Assembly (NCBI GenBank): GCA_027062285.1
Contig: JAMOTL010000111.1
Coordinates: 167-64,166 of the forward strand
Reading direction: 5' to 3'
DNA: 64,000 nucleotides
From: Nautiliaceae bacterium
GTDB taxonomy: Bacteria; Campylobacterota; Campylobacteria; Campylobacterales; Nautiliaceae
This document shows, piece by piece, positions 35,107 to 46,082 of the stretch (position 1 is its first letter; every line of letters begins with the position of its first letter). A program made the translations under genes and the position numbers. The notes beneath the pieces were generated by a model that did no database searches, was not told where the DNA came from, and saw only the letters and a program-made list of their open reading frames with translations.

Positions 35107-36951
35107 ATGGAAGCCAAAATTTTAAAAAATCTTAAAAAACGGGTTACTGCATTTGGTAGTGACGGAAATTTTTTATTTTTGGTTGATGAAGTAAACAGAG
35201 TGCTTATTTTTTCAAAAAATATGATAATGATGAAAGGTTTTAGATTAAAAGCGCCAAATAACAGACCTGATGAAAACTCTACTAAATTTTCAAAAGATTT
35301 AAAATATCTGGCAATTACTACCGGAAATATTATTACGCTTTGGGATTTGGAAAATAAAAAACATATAGCAAATTTCGTAAACACTATGGATGTTTTGGCG
35401 GTAAATTTTGATGAAAAATCAAGATATTTGGCAAGCGGGGATATCAACGGAGAGATAAAGCTTTATAATCTGAAAATAAAGAAAAAAACGGCTCTTTTAG
35501 CAAAACATAAAGATTTTATAACCGATATTGAATTTTGCGATGAGGTTAATGAAGTGGTTGGGGGATGTTATGATAAGTGTGTGCTTTTTGTAAATACCGC
35601 CGATTTTTCAAAAAAAGAAAGATATCTTCATATAAAACCGGTAAAAAAAGTAAAAAACTCTTCATATTTAGTAAGTGCTGATGCGATAAGCGATATAGTG
35701 AAATGGGATATTTTAAAAAACAGTGAAAAAGACAGGGTGGATTTTTATAAAGAGTTCAAAGATTTCTTTATAGATGAAAATATTTTGTCCGTGTTGACTT
35801 CCAGAGGTGTTATTTTGTATGACCTAGAGAGTGAAGTTATTCTTAATGATAAATTTTTGGAATTCGAAGGTGGTGATAAGATAGCGGTTTTTGGAAATTA
35901 TATGATAATAAGTGATGATAAGGGAGTTGTGTGGTATTATGATTTGTTTGAGGAAGAAAAAAAACTTCTTGAATATATTTTAGCTGAAGATTTTAAAAAA
36001 GCTTACGAATTAATAGACAAAAATCCGTTTTTAAAACGCTCGCGCGGTTTTGAGAGACTTGAGAGGATGGTGGAGCTTTATATTAAAAAAGCTAAGGCAC
36101 ATTTTGAAATAGACCCTTTTAAAGCGGCTGCTGAACTTCAAAAGCTTCTCGAAGTTCCTCGGCTTCGCCAAAGAGTGGAAGAAATAATAAAACATTATAC
36201 CAATCTTGTAAAATTTAAAAATGCGGTATTAAAAAATAATTTTGCCCTTGCTTACCAGCTGGCAAATCAATATCCTCTTTTAAAAGAGACTAAATATTAT
36301 AAACTTCTTGAAAAAAAATGGGAACTCGCTTTTGAAAAAGCTTTAAAATTGATAAAGGAGGGGAAAATCAGTGAAGCCAAAGAAATTTTGGTGCCTTTTA
36401 TGGCTGTTCCTGAAAAACTGGAGCTTATTGAATTTGTGCTTAAAAAGGGTGAGCTTATTTTTCTTTTAAGAGAAAAACTCGCAAAAAGAGATTTTAAAGG
36501 ATTTTTTGCTCTTATAAAAGAACATCCGGAGCTTAAAGGTACCAATGAATATAAAAAAGTAATGGAATACGCACAGAGATTATATGAAAAAGCTCAGGAA
36601 CTTCTAAAAAAAGAAGAGTTTGACAAAGCGAAAAAAGCCGCTGCTCTTTTAACGGAATTTCCTGGATTTGAAGAAAAAGCGGAGAAAATTTTAAGAAAAA
36701 TTGAAATCGCTCTTAAATTTTTAAACTATTTAAGTGAGAAAAATTATGAAAAGGCTCTAGAACTTGTAAATCTTCACCCGTTTTTAAAAGAATTAAAAGC
36801 ATATAAAGAGTTTATAAAAGAGTGGAACGAAAAATTATATAAAGCTGAAATTCTTATGAATGAAGGCAAATCACAAGAAGCGTATGAACTTTTAAAAGAA
36901 TATGAAAACAAATATCAAATAAACAGAATTAATGAGGTAATGAAGATATGA
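35107..36951 (+). CDS. Hypothetical protein with a WD40-like N-terminal region and a helical-repeat C-terminal region
   Basis: Segments such as LAVNFDEKSRYLASGDINGEIKLYNL look WD-like. The C-terminal half contains repeated helical units of about 34 aa. Confidence 0.5.
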   Translation: MEAKILKNLKKRVTAFGSDGNFLFLVDEVNRVLIFSKNMIMMKGFRLKAPNNRPDENSTKFSKDLKYLAITTGNIITLWDLENKKHIANFVNTMDVLAVNFDEKSRYLASGDINGEIKLYNLKIKKKTALLAKHKDFITDIEFCDEVNEVVGGCYDKCVLFVNTADFSKKERYLHIKPVKKVKNSSYLVSADAISDIVKWDILKNSEKDRVDFYKEFKDFFIDENILSVLTSRGVILYDLESEVILNDKFLEFEGGDKIAVFGNYMIISDDKGVVWYYDLFEEEKKLLEYILAEDFKKAYELIDKNPFLKRSRGFERLERMVELYIKKAKAHFEIDPFKAAAELQKLLEVPRLRQRVEEIIKHYTNLVKFKNAVLKNNFALAYQLANQYPLLKETKYYKLLEKKWELAFEKALKLIKEGKISEAKEILVPFMAVPEKLELIEFVLKKGELIFLLREKLAKRDFKGFFALIKEHPELKGTNEYKKVMEYAQRLYEKAQELLKKEEFDKAKKAAALLTEFPGFEEKAEKILRKIEIALKFLNYLSEKNYEKALELVNLHPFLKELKAYKEFIKEWNEKLYKAEILMNEGKSQEAYELLKEYENKYQINRINEVMKI

Positions 36952-37006
36952 TTTTTAATTATTGGTATTTTATTTCAGGTTTTGGAAAGTTTTAATATAT
37001 GTAAAG

Positions 37007-37092
37007 TGGTACCGGCGGTGGGACTCGAACCCACATGAGCAGAGCTCACCGGATTTTGAGTCCGGCGCGTCTACCAGTTCCGCCACGCCGGC
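37007..37092 (-). tRNA. tRNA-Leu (anticodon CAA), CCA encoded
   Basis: I folded the reverse complement by hand. The acceptor stem is GCCGGCG/CGCCGGT. The anticodon stem CCGGA/TCCGG has loop CTCAAAA. A long variable arm and a T-arm GGTTCGAGTCC are present, and the 3' end is ACCA. Confidence 0.95.
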
Positions 37093-37122
37093 AGGGAATG
37101 GAATTATATATAAAAAGTGATG

Positions 37123-37153
37123 AAAAAATCAAGACGCAAAAAAAAAGCGTCTT
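37123..37153 (-). terminator. Candidate rho-independent terminator after hup
   Basis: The minus strand reads AAGACGC-TTTTTTTTT-GCGTCTT-GA-TTTTTT. That gives a 7-bp stem, a 9-nt loop and a U6 tract. The stem overlaps the hup stop codon. Confidence 0.4.
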
Positions 37154-37427
37154 ATGAATTAACTAATTCTTTTAATTTTTTACCAACTTTAAATTTAACA
37201 GATTTGCTCTCAGGAATTTTAACTTCTTTTCCTGTACCTGGCACTCTTGCTACTCTAGCAGCTCTTTTAACTACTTCAAAGCTTCCAAATCCGATGAAAC
37301 TTACTTTTTCCCCGTTTTTAAGAGCTTCTTCGATAGTTTCGACTGTAGCATCGATTACTGCCGCTACATCTTTTTTGCTAAGACCCGTTTTTTCAGCCAC
37401 TGCTGCTATTAAATCCGACTTTTTCAT
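37152..37427 (-). CDS. hup: HU family DNA-binding protein
   Basis: MKKSDLIAAVAEKTGLSKKDVAAVIDA ... FGSFEVVKRAARVARVPGTGKEVKIP matches the HU pattern. I prefer the ATG at 37427 (AAGGAGG RBS) over the track start at 37451. Confidence 0.9.
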   Translation of the reverse strand: MKKSDLIAAVAEKTGLSKKDVAAVIDATVETIEEALKNGEKVSFIGFGSFEVVKRAARVARVPGTGKEVKIPESKSVKFKVGKKLKELVNS

Positions 37428-37530
37428 TTTTCCTCCTTTTTTGTGCTTCAAAAAATTTTACTCTTTTTTATCTTTAAAAATCAAGTGTTTTAGGTATTTT
37501 TTGTTATAATTTTGGCAAAAAAGGTAAAAA

Positions 37531-37977
37531 ATGGAAGCTTGCGAACTCCCTGGCGCACAAAAGGCCGATCCTAAGCTATGTGAAATTCTAAAAAAATCAA
37601 AAACCATAGTTGTCGTAGGACTTTCTCCGAAAGAACACAGAGCTTCTAATCAGGTGGCAAAATATATGCAGGAAAACGGATATAAAATTATTCCGGTATA
37701 TCCAAGAGAAGAAAAAATTTTAGGTGAAAAAGTATATAGAAGTTTAGATGAAATAGATTTTGAAGTGGATATAGTGGATATTTTCAGAAAAGGAGAAGAT
37801 ACTCCTCCTATAGTCGAAAAAGCAGTAAAACTTCCGGGAATAAAATGTGTGTTTTTACAAGAAGGCGTAGTTAACGAAAAATCTAAAGAAATAGCAAAAA
37901 AAGCGGGTGTTTTTTATGTAGAGGATAAATGCCTCATGGTAGAACATAAAAGATGTGAGAGCGAGGGTCTCGTATGA
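37531..37977 (+). CDS. CoA-binding domain protein (YccU/YneT-like)
   Basis: It has a KTIVVVGLSPKEHRASNQVAKYMQENGYKIIPVYP pattern. Confidence 0.75.
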   Translation: MEACELPGAQKADPKLCEILKKSKTIVVVGLSPKEHRASNQVAKYMQENGYKIIPVYPREEKILGEKVYRSLDEIDFEVDIVDIFRKGEDTPPIVEKAVKLPGIKCVFLQEGVVNEKSKEIAKKAGVFYVEDKCLMVEHKRCESEGLV

Positions 37978-39182
37978 TACCTCTTGAAAAAATACAAGAA
38001 GCTCATAAAAGAGTTAAAAAAGTTATTTACAAAACACCTTTTGCTTATGCGCCGGTTCTTTCGCAAAAAGTAGGAAACGAAATTTTTTTAAAAAAAGAAA
38101 ACCTTCAAACTACAGGAGCTTTCAAATTAAGAGGAGCGTTTAACAAGATTGCTTCACTTCCGGAAGATAAAAGAAAAAAAGGTGTAATAGCGGCAAGTGC
38201 CGGAAATCATGCTCAAGGTGTTGCTTTCAGTGCCAATTATTTTAATATTCCTTCTATTATCGTTATGCCTGAGGCCACACCTCTTACAAAAGTCAGCGGT
38301 GTTAAAGAATATGGCGGCGAAGTTGTCTTAGCCGGCAATAATTATGATGAGGCTTATGAATATGCCGTAAATCTTGCAAAAGAAAAAGGGCTTGAGTTTA
38401 TTCATCCTTTTGCCGATGAAGATGTGATGGCCGGACAGGGTACGATTGCTCTTGAAATGCTTGAAAGCGTGCCGGATTTGGATTACATAATTGTTCCCGT
38501 AGGAGGGGGAGGGCTTATCAGCGGAATAGCCAGTGCGGCTAAACAGATTAATCCTCATATTAAAGTAATAGGTGTTACCGCAGCCGGAGCACCTGCCATG
38601 AGGCTCAGTTTCTTATCAGGAAGCGTACAGGATACCACTTATGTAAAAACTATAGCCGACGGAATTGCCGTAAGGGATACGTCTCCTATTACTTTTGAAA
38701 TTATTAAAGAAACGGTTGACGATATAGTTGAAGTGGACGACGAAGAAATAGCAAATGCTATTTTGTTTTTGATGGAAAGACAAAAAGTTGTGGTAGAGGG
38801 AGCAGGAGCTGTCGGAATAGCGGCGCTTTTACATCAGAAGATAAAATTCGGAGCTCCTAAAAAAGTAGGAGTAGTGTTAAGCGGCGGTAATATTGATGTT
38901 ACTATGATAAATCTTATTATAGAAAAAGGTCTTTTAAAATCCCATAGAAAAATGAAGCTGGTAATTACACTTGTAGATAAGCCGGGAGCTCTTATGAAAC
39001 TTACCGAAATTTTGGCTGAAGAGAGAGCCAATATTGTTTCTATCGGTTATGACAGAACGGATTTGAATTTGGCAATCGGTGATGCGAATGTATCAATAGC
39101 TCTTGAAACAAGAGGTTTGGAACATCAAGAATCAATTAAAAGAGCTTTACATAAACACGGGTTTAGATTCGTAGTAGAATAA
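37974..39182 (+). CDS. ilvA: Threonine ammonia-lyase (short form with one ACT-like domain)
   Basis: It has TGAFKLRGA (PLP Lys), SAGNHAQGVA and VPVGGGGLISG. Confidence 0.85.
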   Translation: MIPLEKIQEAHKRVKKVIYKTPFAYAPVLSQKVGNEIFLKKENLQTTGAFKLRGAFNKIASLPEDKRKKGVIAASAGNHAQGVAFSANYFNIPSIIVMPEATPLTKVSGVKEYGGEVVLAGNNYDEAYEYAVNLAKEKGLEFIHPFADEDVMAGQGTIALEMLESVPDLDYIIVPVGGGGLISGIASAAKQINPHIKVIGVTAAGAPAMRLSFLSGSVQDTTYVKTIADGIAVRDTSPITFEIIKETVDDIVEVDDEEIANAILFLMERQKVVVEGAGAVGIAALLHQKIKFGAPKKVGVVLSGGNIDVTMINLIIEKGLLKSHRKMKLVITLVDKPGALMKLTEILAEERANIVSIGYDRTDLNLAIGDANVSIALETRGLEHQESIKRALHKHGFRFVVE

Positions 39183-39196
39183 AAAAAGGAGAATAA

Positions 39197-40624
39197 ATGA
39201 GTAAAAATTATGAAGTTGTAATAGGTTTGGAAGTTCACGTTCAGTTAAATACAAAAACAAAAATTTTTTGTAGCTGTCCTACGAGTTTCGGAGATGAGCC
39301 GAATACCAATACATGTCCTACGTGTCTTGGACTTCCAGGAGCGCTTCCGGTTATGAATAAAGAAGCCGTAAAAAAAGCTGTAATGTTTGGAAAAGCGGTA
39401 AATGCTACAATAAATAAAAGAAGTACGTTTGAAAGAAAAAACTATTTTTATCCCGACCTTCCAAAAGGTTATCAAATTTCTCAGTTTGTAGTACCAATTG
39501 TTGAAAACGGAGAGCTTTTTATCGATACTAAAGACGGAAAGAAAAAAATAGGAATTACAAGAGCTCACTTAGAAGAAGATGCGGGTAAAAATATTCATGA
39601 AGGTGAATATTCAAAAGTAGATTTAAATAGAGCAGGAACCCCTCTTCTTGAAATAGTAAGCGAACCTGATATGAGAAGCAGCGATGAAGCTATTGCTTAC
39701 CTTAAAAAACTTCATGCAATTGTCAAATATCTTGGAATTAGTGATGCTAATATGCAGGAAGGAAGCTTCAGGGTTGATGCAAATGTTTCGGTAAGACCTA
39801 AAGGACAAAAAGAGTTTGGGACTAGAGTTGAGATTAAAAATATTAATTCATTTAAATTTATCAAACAGGCGATAGAATATGAAGTTGAAAGACATATTGA
39901 AGCATACGAATATGATGAATATGAGGATGAGGTAGTTCAGGAAACAAGACTTTTTGATTCAAAGACGGGCGAAACTAGGAGTATGAGGGGAAAAGAAGAG
40001 AGTGCTGATTACAGATATTTTCCGGATCCTGACTTACTTCCTCTAGAAGTCCCTGAAGAGTTTTATGAAATTAAAATTCCTGAACTTCCTGATGAGAAAA
40101 AAGAGCGTTATATAAAAGAATTCGGTCTTAAAGAGTATGATGCCGGAGTACTTACGGCTGAGCCTGAACTTGCGGAATTTTTTGAGCGTATGATAGCACT
40201 TGGAGTTGAACCTGCCGCTGCGAACAGATGGCTGGCAATTGAGCTTCTTGGAAGACTTAATAAAGCGGGACTTGATATTACCACTTCTCCTGTTTCTCCG
40301 GAAAAACTGGCACTTATTGCCAAAAGAGAAAAAGAAGCGGTAATTAGTGGAGCCGGAGGTAAAAAAGTTCTTGATTTATTGATGGAGGAAGATATTGAGG
40401 TGGACATTGCTATTGATAAACTTGGACTTAAACAGGTAAGTGACGAAGGTGCTATTGAAAAAATAGTAGATGAAGTGCTTGCGGCAAATGCCGATAAAGT
40501 AGAAGAATATAAAGCCGGGAAAGAAAAACTGTTCGGATTTTTCGTAGGTCAGGTTATGAAAGCTAGTCGTGGTAAAGCAAACCCTCAAATAGTAAATAAA
40601 ATATTAAAAAGTAAACTTTCTTGA
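39197..40624 (+). CDS. gatB: Asp-tRNA(Asn)/Glu-tRNA(Gln) amidotransferase subunit B
   Basis: It has [28 protein letters not shown] and a C-terminal YqeY-like tail. Confidence 0.95.
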   Translation: MSKNYEVVIGLEVHVQLNTKTKIFCSCPTSFGDEPNTNTCPTCLGLPGALPVMNKEAVKKAVMFGKAVNATINKRSTFERKNYFYPDLPKGYQISQFVVPIVENGELFIDTKDGKKKIGITRAHLEEDAGKNIHEGEYSKVDLNRAGTPLLEIVSEPDMRSSDEAIAYLKKLHAIVKYLGISDANMQEGSFRVDANVSVRPKGQKEFGTRVEIKNINSFKFIKQAIEYEVERHIEAYEYDEYEDEVVQETRLFDSKTGETRSMRGKEESADYRYFPDPDLLPLEVPEEFYEIKIPELPDEKKERYIKEFGLKEYDAGVLTAEPELAEFFERMIALGVEPAAANRWLAIELLGRLNKAGLDITTSPVSPEKLALIAKREKEAVISGAGGKKVLDLLMEEDIEVDIAIDKLGLKQVSDEGAIEKIVDEVLAANADKVEEYKAGKEKLFGFFVGQVMKASRGKANPQIVNKILKSKLS

Positions 40625-42222
40625 GACTCAAACAGATTATTATTAAGGCTCTTGTAGCCTTTGCTTATTATCTTGATTCAAATAAGACTTATAAAAAAAT
40701 CAAATACTTTTTCTGGCGACTTATGAATGATGATTCTTTCCCTCCAAAAAGAATTTTTGATTTTTTTATGTTCTTTTTGGTTTTAATTAGTGTTGGTATT
40801 TTACTTTATGATATAAAGCATAAGGTTCATCCGATATTGGAGGATTTTGATTTTTATTTCGTTACCAGTGTGTTTGCGATAGAATATTTGATAAGACTTT
40901 GGGTATATAATGATATTCACAAAATAATCATTCAGGAATATGAAGAAGCTCATTTTGTAGGACGTGAATTCAATTTATGGAAAGTAATTAAAGAAATTAT
41001 TGCAAAAAAATGGGAATATATAAAATCACCGTTTGCGATCATTGATTTTTTAGCGATTCTTCCGAGCTACAGGGCACTTAGAATTTTTAGAATTTTTGTT
41101 ATTTTCAGACTGTTTAAACTTTTGCGTTATACTAAAAGCATAAATACTTTTATAGAAGTTTTAGCAAATAAAAAGTTTGAACTTTTTATATTATTGATTG
41201 CTGTCGGTTTCGTAACGTTTATCGGAGGGGCCGTAATATATGTTTTCGAAGCTCATGCCAATCCTAAAATAGAAAATCTTTTTGATGCTATATACTGGTC
41301 TCTTATAACTGTATCTACAGTAGGATACGGAGACATTACTCCTGTCACCCATGAGGGTAGAGTTCTTACGATGATATTAATTATTTTCGGTATCGGTTTT
41401 ATTTCTTTTGCGACTTCAATTATAGCTACAGCTTTTACCGAAAAACTTGAAGAACTGAAAGCGGAAAGAATTGTAAGACTAATAAAAGGAATGAATGACG
41501 TATATCTTTTATGCGGATATTCGAATGAAGCCGAAATTCTTTGTGAAAGATTTAAAAAAGAAAATCAGGATTTTGTTGTAGTGGATATAGATGAAAAAAG
41601 AGTTCAAAAAGCTACTATGAAAGGATATTTGGCGATAAAAGGCGATATTACCCAAAAAGATTTTTTAAAAAATCTGGATTTTGAAAAAATTACTAAAGTT
41701 TTCGTTTTGACTAACAACGATATTAACAACTCTTTTATGATATTGAGTATAAAAGCATATTGTAAAGATTCGGATATTCAAATTATAGCATTGGCTAACA
41801 GTGAAGAAAACGTATCGAAAATGCAAAAAGCAGGTGCTGAATTTGTGGTTGTGCCTACTACGGTAACATCTCTTCTTATGGCGGAATATATCGGACATCC
41901 CATTACTTTCGAAGTTATAGATGCTATTTTGACTGAAAAAAGAAATGCCGTTATAGACGAAATTATAGTTCTTAAAAATTCAATTCTTGATGGAAAACTT
42001 GTAGGTGAAATAGATTTTGATAAATATAAACTTGTACTATTCGGAGTATTAAAGAAAAACGAATCGCCGCTTTTAAACGAAACATTAAAGATTAAAGACG
42101 GACATTTTTATTTTAATCCTCCTTTTGATTTAAAACTCGAATCGGGTGATATTTTGGTAGTGATGGGATATAGTGTTAGCGTAAATTATTTCAAATATCT
42201 TGTCGAAAGAAGTAGTATATGA
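40621..42222 (+). CDS. Voltage-gated-type K+ channel with C-terminal RCK (TrkA-N/TrkA-C) domains, TTG start
   Basis: The selectivity filter is TVSTVGYGD. An S4-like segment [20 protein letters not shown] has Arg at every third position. An RCK fold follows. Confidence 0.85.
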   Translation: MRLKQIIIKALVAFAYYLDSNKTYKKIKYFFWRLMNDDSFPPKRIFDFFMFFLVLISVGILLYDIKHKVHPILEDFDFYFVTSVFAIEYLIRLWVYNDIHKIIIQEYEEAHFVGREFNLWKVIKEIIAKKWEYIKSPFAIIDFLAILPSYRALRIFRIFVIFRLFKLLRYTKSINTFIEVLANKKFELFILLIAVGFVTFIGGAVIYVFEAHANPKIENLFDAIYWSLITVSTVGYGDITPVTHEGRVLTMILIIFGIGFISFATSIIATAFTEKLEELKAERIVRLIKGMNDVYLLCGYSNEAEILCERFKKENQDFVVVDIDEKRVQKATMKGYLAIKGDITQKDFLKNLDFEKITKVFVLTNNDINNSFMILSIKAYCKDSDIQIIALANSEENVSKMQKAGAEFVVVPTTVTSLLMAEYIGHPITFEVIDAILTEKRNAVIDEIIVLKNSILDGKLVGEIDFDKYKLVLFGVLKKNESPLLNETLKIKDGHFYFNPPFDLKLESGDILVVMGYSVSVNYFKYLVERSSI

Positions 42223-42905
42223 AAATATTATTATTTGGATTTGATGATTTTGGCGAAAGAGTGGCAAAGTTTATAGGTAAAAAAGATTTGACGGTAGTTG
42301 TTTTGGATGAAAAAGAAGAAGAAAGAGCAAAAGAGCGATATTATGATGTAATAAGAATAAAAGAAATTAATGATTCTGAAATTCAAAATATAGGAGATTA
42401 TGATATAGCGTTGGCGGTTTTAAGAGATGAAGATAAAAATCTCTTTTTGTCTTTAACGCTGAAAGATTTATATCCTGATAAAAGGGTAGTTGCCAAAGTG
42501 GCGGATAAAGATAACGAATACAAATATAAACTGGCCGGTGTAGATAAGACAATTAATCCTTATGAAGTTACGGCTAACAGAATAATGACTATTTTAAAAA
42601 AACCTCTTACTTTAAAAGTTATAGAAGAGATTATTTTTGAAGACAACAATCTTTCATTTGCCGAGATTGAAATACCTCAGGGATCTTTTTTGGACGGCAG
42701 ATATATAAAAGATATTTATAAAGAAATTTCGGCAAATTATAATATATTGATAATCGCTATCGTAGATAAAGAGATGAGTGAAAACGTTCAATTCGTTACA
42801 AAAGGAATAAATCATAAAATCGATGCGGGAGATATTTTAATAGTAGTCGGTGATAAAGATGATATAGAAAGATTTAAACAAGATCTTGAAATGATAAAAT
42901 TGTAA
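42219..42905 (+). CDS. RCK/TrkA-domain protein (soluble channel partner)
   Basis: The N-terminus is Rossmann-like. The C-terminal TrkA-C pattern is AEIEIPQGSFLDGRYIKDI ... GDILIVVGDKDDIERF. The start overlaps the channel gene in an ATGA. Confidence 0.7.
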   Translation: MKILLFGFDDFGERVAKFIGKKDLTVVVLDEKEEERAKERYYDVIRIKEINDSEIQNIGDYDIALAVLRDEDKNLFLSLTLKDLYPDKRVVAKVADKDNEYKYKLAGVDKTINPYEVTANRIMTILKKPLTLKVIEEIIFEDNNLSFAEIEIPQGSFLDGRYIKDIYKEISANYNILIIAIVDKEMSENVQFVTKGINHKIDAGDILIVVGDKDDIERFKQDLEMIKL

Positions 42906-42914
42906 AGGATTGAG

Positions 42915-43805
42915 ATGGTAAGTGTAATAGGAGCGGGTGCCTGGGGAAGCGCTTTATATCACGCAATAAAACAAAAAATTCCTGGTGCAGTTATTACTTC
43001 AAGACATAAAAGAGATATAGAAGGATTCGTTGGTTTTGATGAAGCTTTACAAAATGAATATATCATTATCGTGATAGCAGCGCAGGCTATAAGGGAATTT
43101 TTAGACAAACACGGAGAAAAACTTAAAAATAAAAAAATTCTTGTAGCCAGTAAAGGGATTGATAATAAAAGTTATAAATTTTTAAACGAAATTTTTGAAG
43201 AATGGGTAGATAAAAAACATCTCGGGTTTGTTTCCGGACCTTCTTTTGCTAAAGAAGTAAAACAAAATAAACCTACCGCTCTTGTTATTGCCAGTAAAAA
43301 TTTAGAACTTGCAAAAGAATTCGGAAAATTTTTCCCTGATTTTATAAAAATATATATTGATGACGATGTAGAAGGTGTTGAAGTAGCAGGGGCTTATAAA
43401 AACGTAATAGCAATAGCCGCAGGTATTTGCGAAGGACTTGATTTGGGTAATAATGCTAAAGCGGCACTTATTGCGAGGGGTCTTGTGGAAATGGATAGGT
43501 TCGGAGAATATTTCGGGGCTAAAAAGGATACTTTCTTAGGTGTGGCGGGAGCAGGTGATCTGTTTTTGACTGCTAATTCTACTATGAGTAGAAATTACAG
43601 AGTAGGACTAAATTTAGCCAAGGGCAAAATTCTCGAAGATATTTTAGCTGAGCTTGGTGAGGTTGCCGAAGGGGTTTATACTACAAAAGCTATTTATGAA
43701 CTAGCTAAGAGATACAAAATTTATACGCCAATTGCTTATGAAGTTTATAAAATAATTTATGAAGGAAAGAAGCCTGTAGCTTCTTTAAGAGATTTGCTCT
43801 CTTAA
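42915..43805 (+). CDS. gpsA: NAD(P)H-dependent glycerol-3-phosphate dehydrogenase
   Basis: It has VIGAGAWGSAL, SGPSFAKEV and YKNVIAIAAGI. Confidence 0.9.
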   Translation: MVSVIGAGAWGSALYHAIKQKIPGAVITSRHKRDIEGFVGFDEALQNEYIIIVIAAQAIREFLDKHGEKLKNKKILVASKGIDNKSYKFLNEIFEEWVDKKHLGFVSGPSFAKEVKQNKPTALVIASKNLELAKEFGKFFPDFIKIYIDDDVEGVEVAGAYKNVIAIAAGICEGLDLGNNAKAALIARGLVEMDRFGEYFGAKKDTFLGVAGAGDLFLTANSTMSRNYRVGLNLAKGKILEDILAELGEVAEGVYTTKAIYELAKRYKIYTPIAYEVYKIIYEGKKPVASLRDLLS

Positions 43806-43906
43806 TCTGCTATTGGAGATTTTTTTATTGCGTCTATTGCTAAGTAAAGAATTGCTCCTGTAGCTATTACACAAAGTGCTATTGCTAAAAATCCACTGAA
43901 TCCCAT
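43802..43906 (-). CDS. Small hydrophobic protein (34 aa), below the ORF-track size cutoff
   Basis: The minus strand reads AAAAGGAGAAAAA-ATG followed by MGFSGFLAIALCVIATGAILYLAIDAIKKSPIAD. That is one TM helix with a strong RBS, in an otherwise empty 190-bp gap. Confidence 0.4.
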   Translation of the reverse strand: MGFSGFLAIALCVIATGAILYLAIDAIKKSPIAD

Positions 43907-43999
43907 TTTTTCTCCTTTTATATTTGTTTGAATTATTATAGCAATAATATGTGAATATGTGAATAAAATTTGATAAAATTTATATAAAAAAGGGTAATT

Positions 44000-44719
44000 T
44001 TGAGGCTCGATGAAGCAATTGTGAATAGGGGTTTACTTGATTCACGTAATAAAGCAAAAGAACTTATAAAAAAATCAAAAGTAAAAGTCAATAACAAAAT
44101 CATAATAAAACCTTCATTTAACGTATCGGATGAAGATAAAATCGAAATTCTTGAAAATAAAGTTTATGTAAGTAGGGCTGCGTGGAAACTAAAAAATTAT
44201 CTGGACAAATATGATATTGATTTTACGGATAAAAGTGTTTTGGATATAGGAAGTTCTACCGGTGGGTTTAGTGAAGTTTCCTTGGAAAAAGGGGCAAGGA
44301 AAGTAGTGTGCGTTGATGTCGGTTCAAATCAGCTTCATCCGAAAATCAAAAAACATTCAAAAGTGGAAAGTTATGAAAATACCGATATAAGGGATTTTGA
44401 TTATCCGGAAAAATTTGATATCGTAGTTAGTGATGTAAGTTTTATATCTTTATTAAAAATAATAAATAAAATTAACGAATTGGCTAAAAATGATATTATT
44501 TTGCTTTTTAAACCGCAATTTGAAGTCGGAAAAAATGTAAAAAGAGATAAAAAGGGTGTAGTGACTGACAAAGGCGCTATAGAAAAAGCCAGAGAAAATT
44601 TTGAAAATGAAACACGCAGACTCGGATGGAATTTAAAAAGATGCGAAGAATCTAGTATAAAAGGAAAAGAAGGTAACACCGAATATATCTATCATTTCAT
44701 AAAGGAAAAGAATGATTAA
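44000..44719 (+). CDS. tlyA: TlyA family rRNA 2'-O-methyltransferase, TTG start
   Basis: It has an S4-like N-terminus ([23 protein letters not shown]) and the SAM motif [12 protein letters not shown]. Confidence 0.85.
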   Translation: MRLDEAIVNRGLLDSRNKAKELIKKSKVKVNNKIIIKPSFNVSDEDKIEILENKVYVSRAAWKLKNYLDKYDIDFTDKSVLDIGSSTGGFSEVSLEKGARKVVCVDVGSNQLHPKIKKHSKVESYENTDIRDFDYPEKFDIVVSDVSFISLLKIINKINELAKNDIILLFKPQFEVGKNVKRDKKGVVTDKGAIEKARENFENETRRLGWNLKRCEESSIKGKEGNTEYIYHFIKEKND

Positions 44720-45761
44720 AAGATATCCCACAAGAAAAATAAAAGTTGGAAATGTAGAAATTGGGGGAGACGCTCCAATCTCTGTCCAGTCTATGACATT
44801 TTCCAAGACAAAAGATATAAATTCAACGCTTGAGCAGATAAACAGACTTTATTTTGCTGGAGCGGATATTGTAAGAGTAGCTGTTTTAGACGAAGAAGAC
44901 GCAAATGCTTTGAAAGAAATAAAAGAAAAATCCCCACTTCCTATAATAGCCGATATCCATTTTAATTATCGTTTAGGTCTTAAAGCCGCCGAAATAGTTG
45001 ACGGACTTAGAATAAATCCGGGGAATATTGGTGGCAAGGAGAGAGTAAAAGAAATAGTAAAAGTATGTAAAGAACGCTCAATTCCTATTAGAATAGGAGT
45101 AAACGCCGGAAGTTTGGAAGAACATCTTGAAAACAAATACGGCCAAACACCAAAAGCTATGGTTGAGAGCGCTCTTTGGCATATAAAGTTTTTGGAGGAT
45201 TTGGATTTTAGGGATATAAAGGTTTCTCTTAAAGCCAGTGACGTTATAAGAACAGTAAAAGCGTATAGAATGTTAAGACCTCTTGTGGAGTATCCTTTTC
45301 ATTTGGGTGTTACGGAAGCTGGAACTAAATTTCACGCCACTATTAAATCAGCGGCTGCTTTTGGGGCTTTACTTTTAGATGGAATAGGGGATACTTTAAG
45401 AGTTTCGATAACGGGTGAGCTTGAAGAAGAGATAAGAGTAGGAAAAGCGATTTTACAGGATTTGGGATTGAAAGAGGGTGTAAATATAATTTCTTGTCCG
45501 ACATGCGGAAGGATAGAAGTAGATTTGCCGCCAATTGTAGAAGCGGTGGAAGAAGCGGTTAAAGATATAAAAAAACCTCTTAATTTATCAGTTATGGGAT
45601 GTGTGGTAAATGCCATAGGTGAAGCAAAAGAAGCGGATTTGGCAATAGCATGCGGTAAAGGATACGGACTTATACTCAAAAAAGGTGAAATTATCGGTAA
45701 ATATAAAGAAGATGAACTGCTTCCTAAGTTTCTTGAAGAGATTAAAAAAATAGCCGAGTAA
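44712..45761 (+). CDS. ispG: 4-hydroxy-3-methylbut-2-en-1-yl diphosphate synthase
   Basis: It has [30 protein letters not shown], and the CPTCGR and [10 protein letters not shown] cysteines. Confidence 0.95.
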   Translation: MIKRYPTRKIKVGNVEIGGDAPISVQSMTFSKTKDINSTLEQINRLYFAGADIVRVAVLDEEDANALKEIKEKSPLPIIADIHFNYRLGLKAAEIVDGLRINPGNIGGKERVKEIVKVCKERSIPIRIGVNAGSLEEHLENKYGQTPKAMVESALWHIKFLEDLDFRDIKVSLKASDVIRTVKAYRMLRPLVEYPFHLGVTEAGTKFHATIKSAAAFGALLLDGIGDTLRVSITGELEEEIRVGKAILQDLGLKEGVNIISCPTCGRIEVDLPPIVEAVEEAVKDIKKPLNLSVMGCVVNAIGEAKEADLAIACGKGYGLILKKGEIIGKYKEDELLPKFLEEIKKIAE

Positions 45762-45788
45762 TTTGATATAATATTTATAAAAAGGAGA

Positions 45789-46079
45789 TTGATGAGCGCT
45801 ACCACACTTATTTATATTGTAGGATTGTCTATAGCGTCTATAGCATTTATATTTATGTTTTTGATATTAAAACCCAGTAAAGTTACTAAAGAAAAGCTTG
45901 AAAAAGTATTGGGACAAGATGCCGTAGAAAAAATAAAACAGGCAAAAGACGATGAAGAGATAAAAACAATTATACGCTCTTTACCAAAACTCAGAAAAGC
46001 TAAATTAAAAACGTTAATGGAATCACAAGACATCAGAGACGTATTAAAAGCAATACACGAACATATTTTAAAGGATTAA
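45789..46079 (+). CDS. Small membrane-anchored hypothetical protein
   Basis: It has one N-terminal TM helix and a charged C-terminal tail. I recognise no family. Confidence 0.45.
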   Translation: MMSATTLIYIVGLSIASIAFIFMFLILKPSKVTKEKLEKVLGQDAVEKIKQAKDDEEIKTIIRSLPKLRKAKLKTLMESQDIRDVLKAIHEHILKD

Positions 46080-46082
46080 TAG

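Noticed and set aside
37117-37509. 130-aa plus-strand ORF overlapping hup.
   Set aside because: It is antisense to a textbook HU sequence, and its translation is low-complexity (S/T/L/F-rich).
45332-45805. 157-aa minus-strand ORF. Similar long antisense ORFs lie at 46472-46936, 49386-49862, 62783-63256, 40108-40407, 29127-29471 and 16042-16419.
   Set aside because: Each lies opposite a confidently identified gene (ispG, dnaB, the helicase, rgy, gatB, fliG/fliH and the 618-aa gene respectively). Their products are Ser/Leu/Phe-rich with no motifs.
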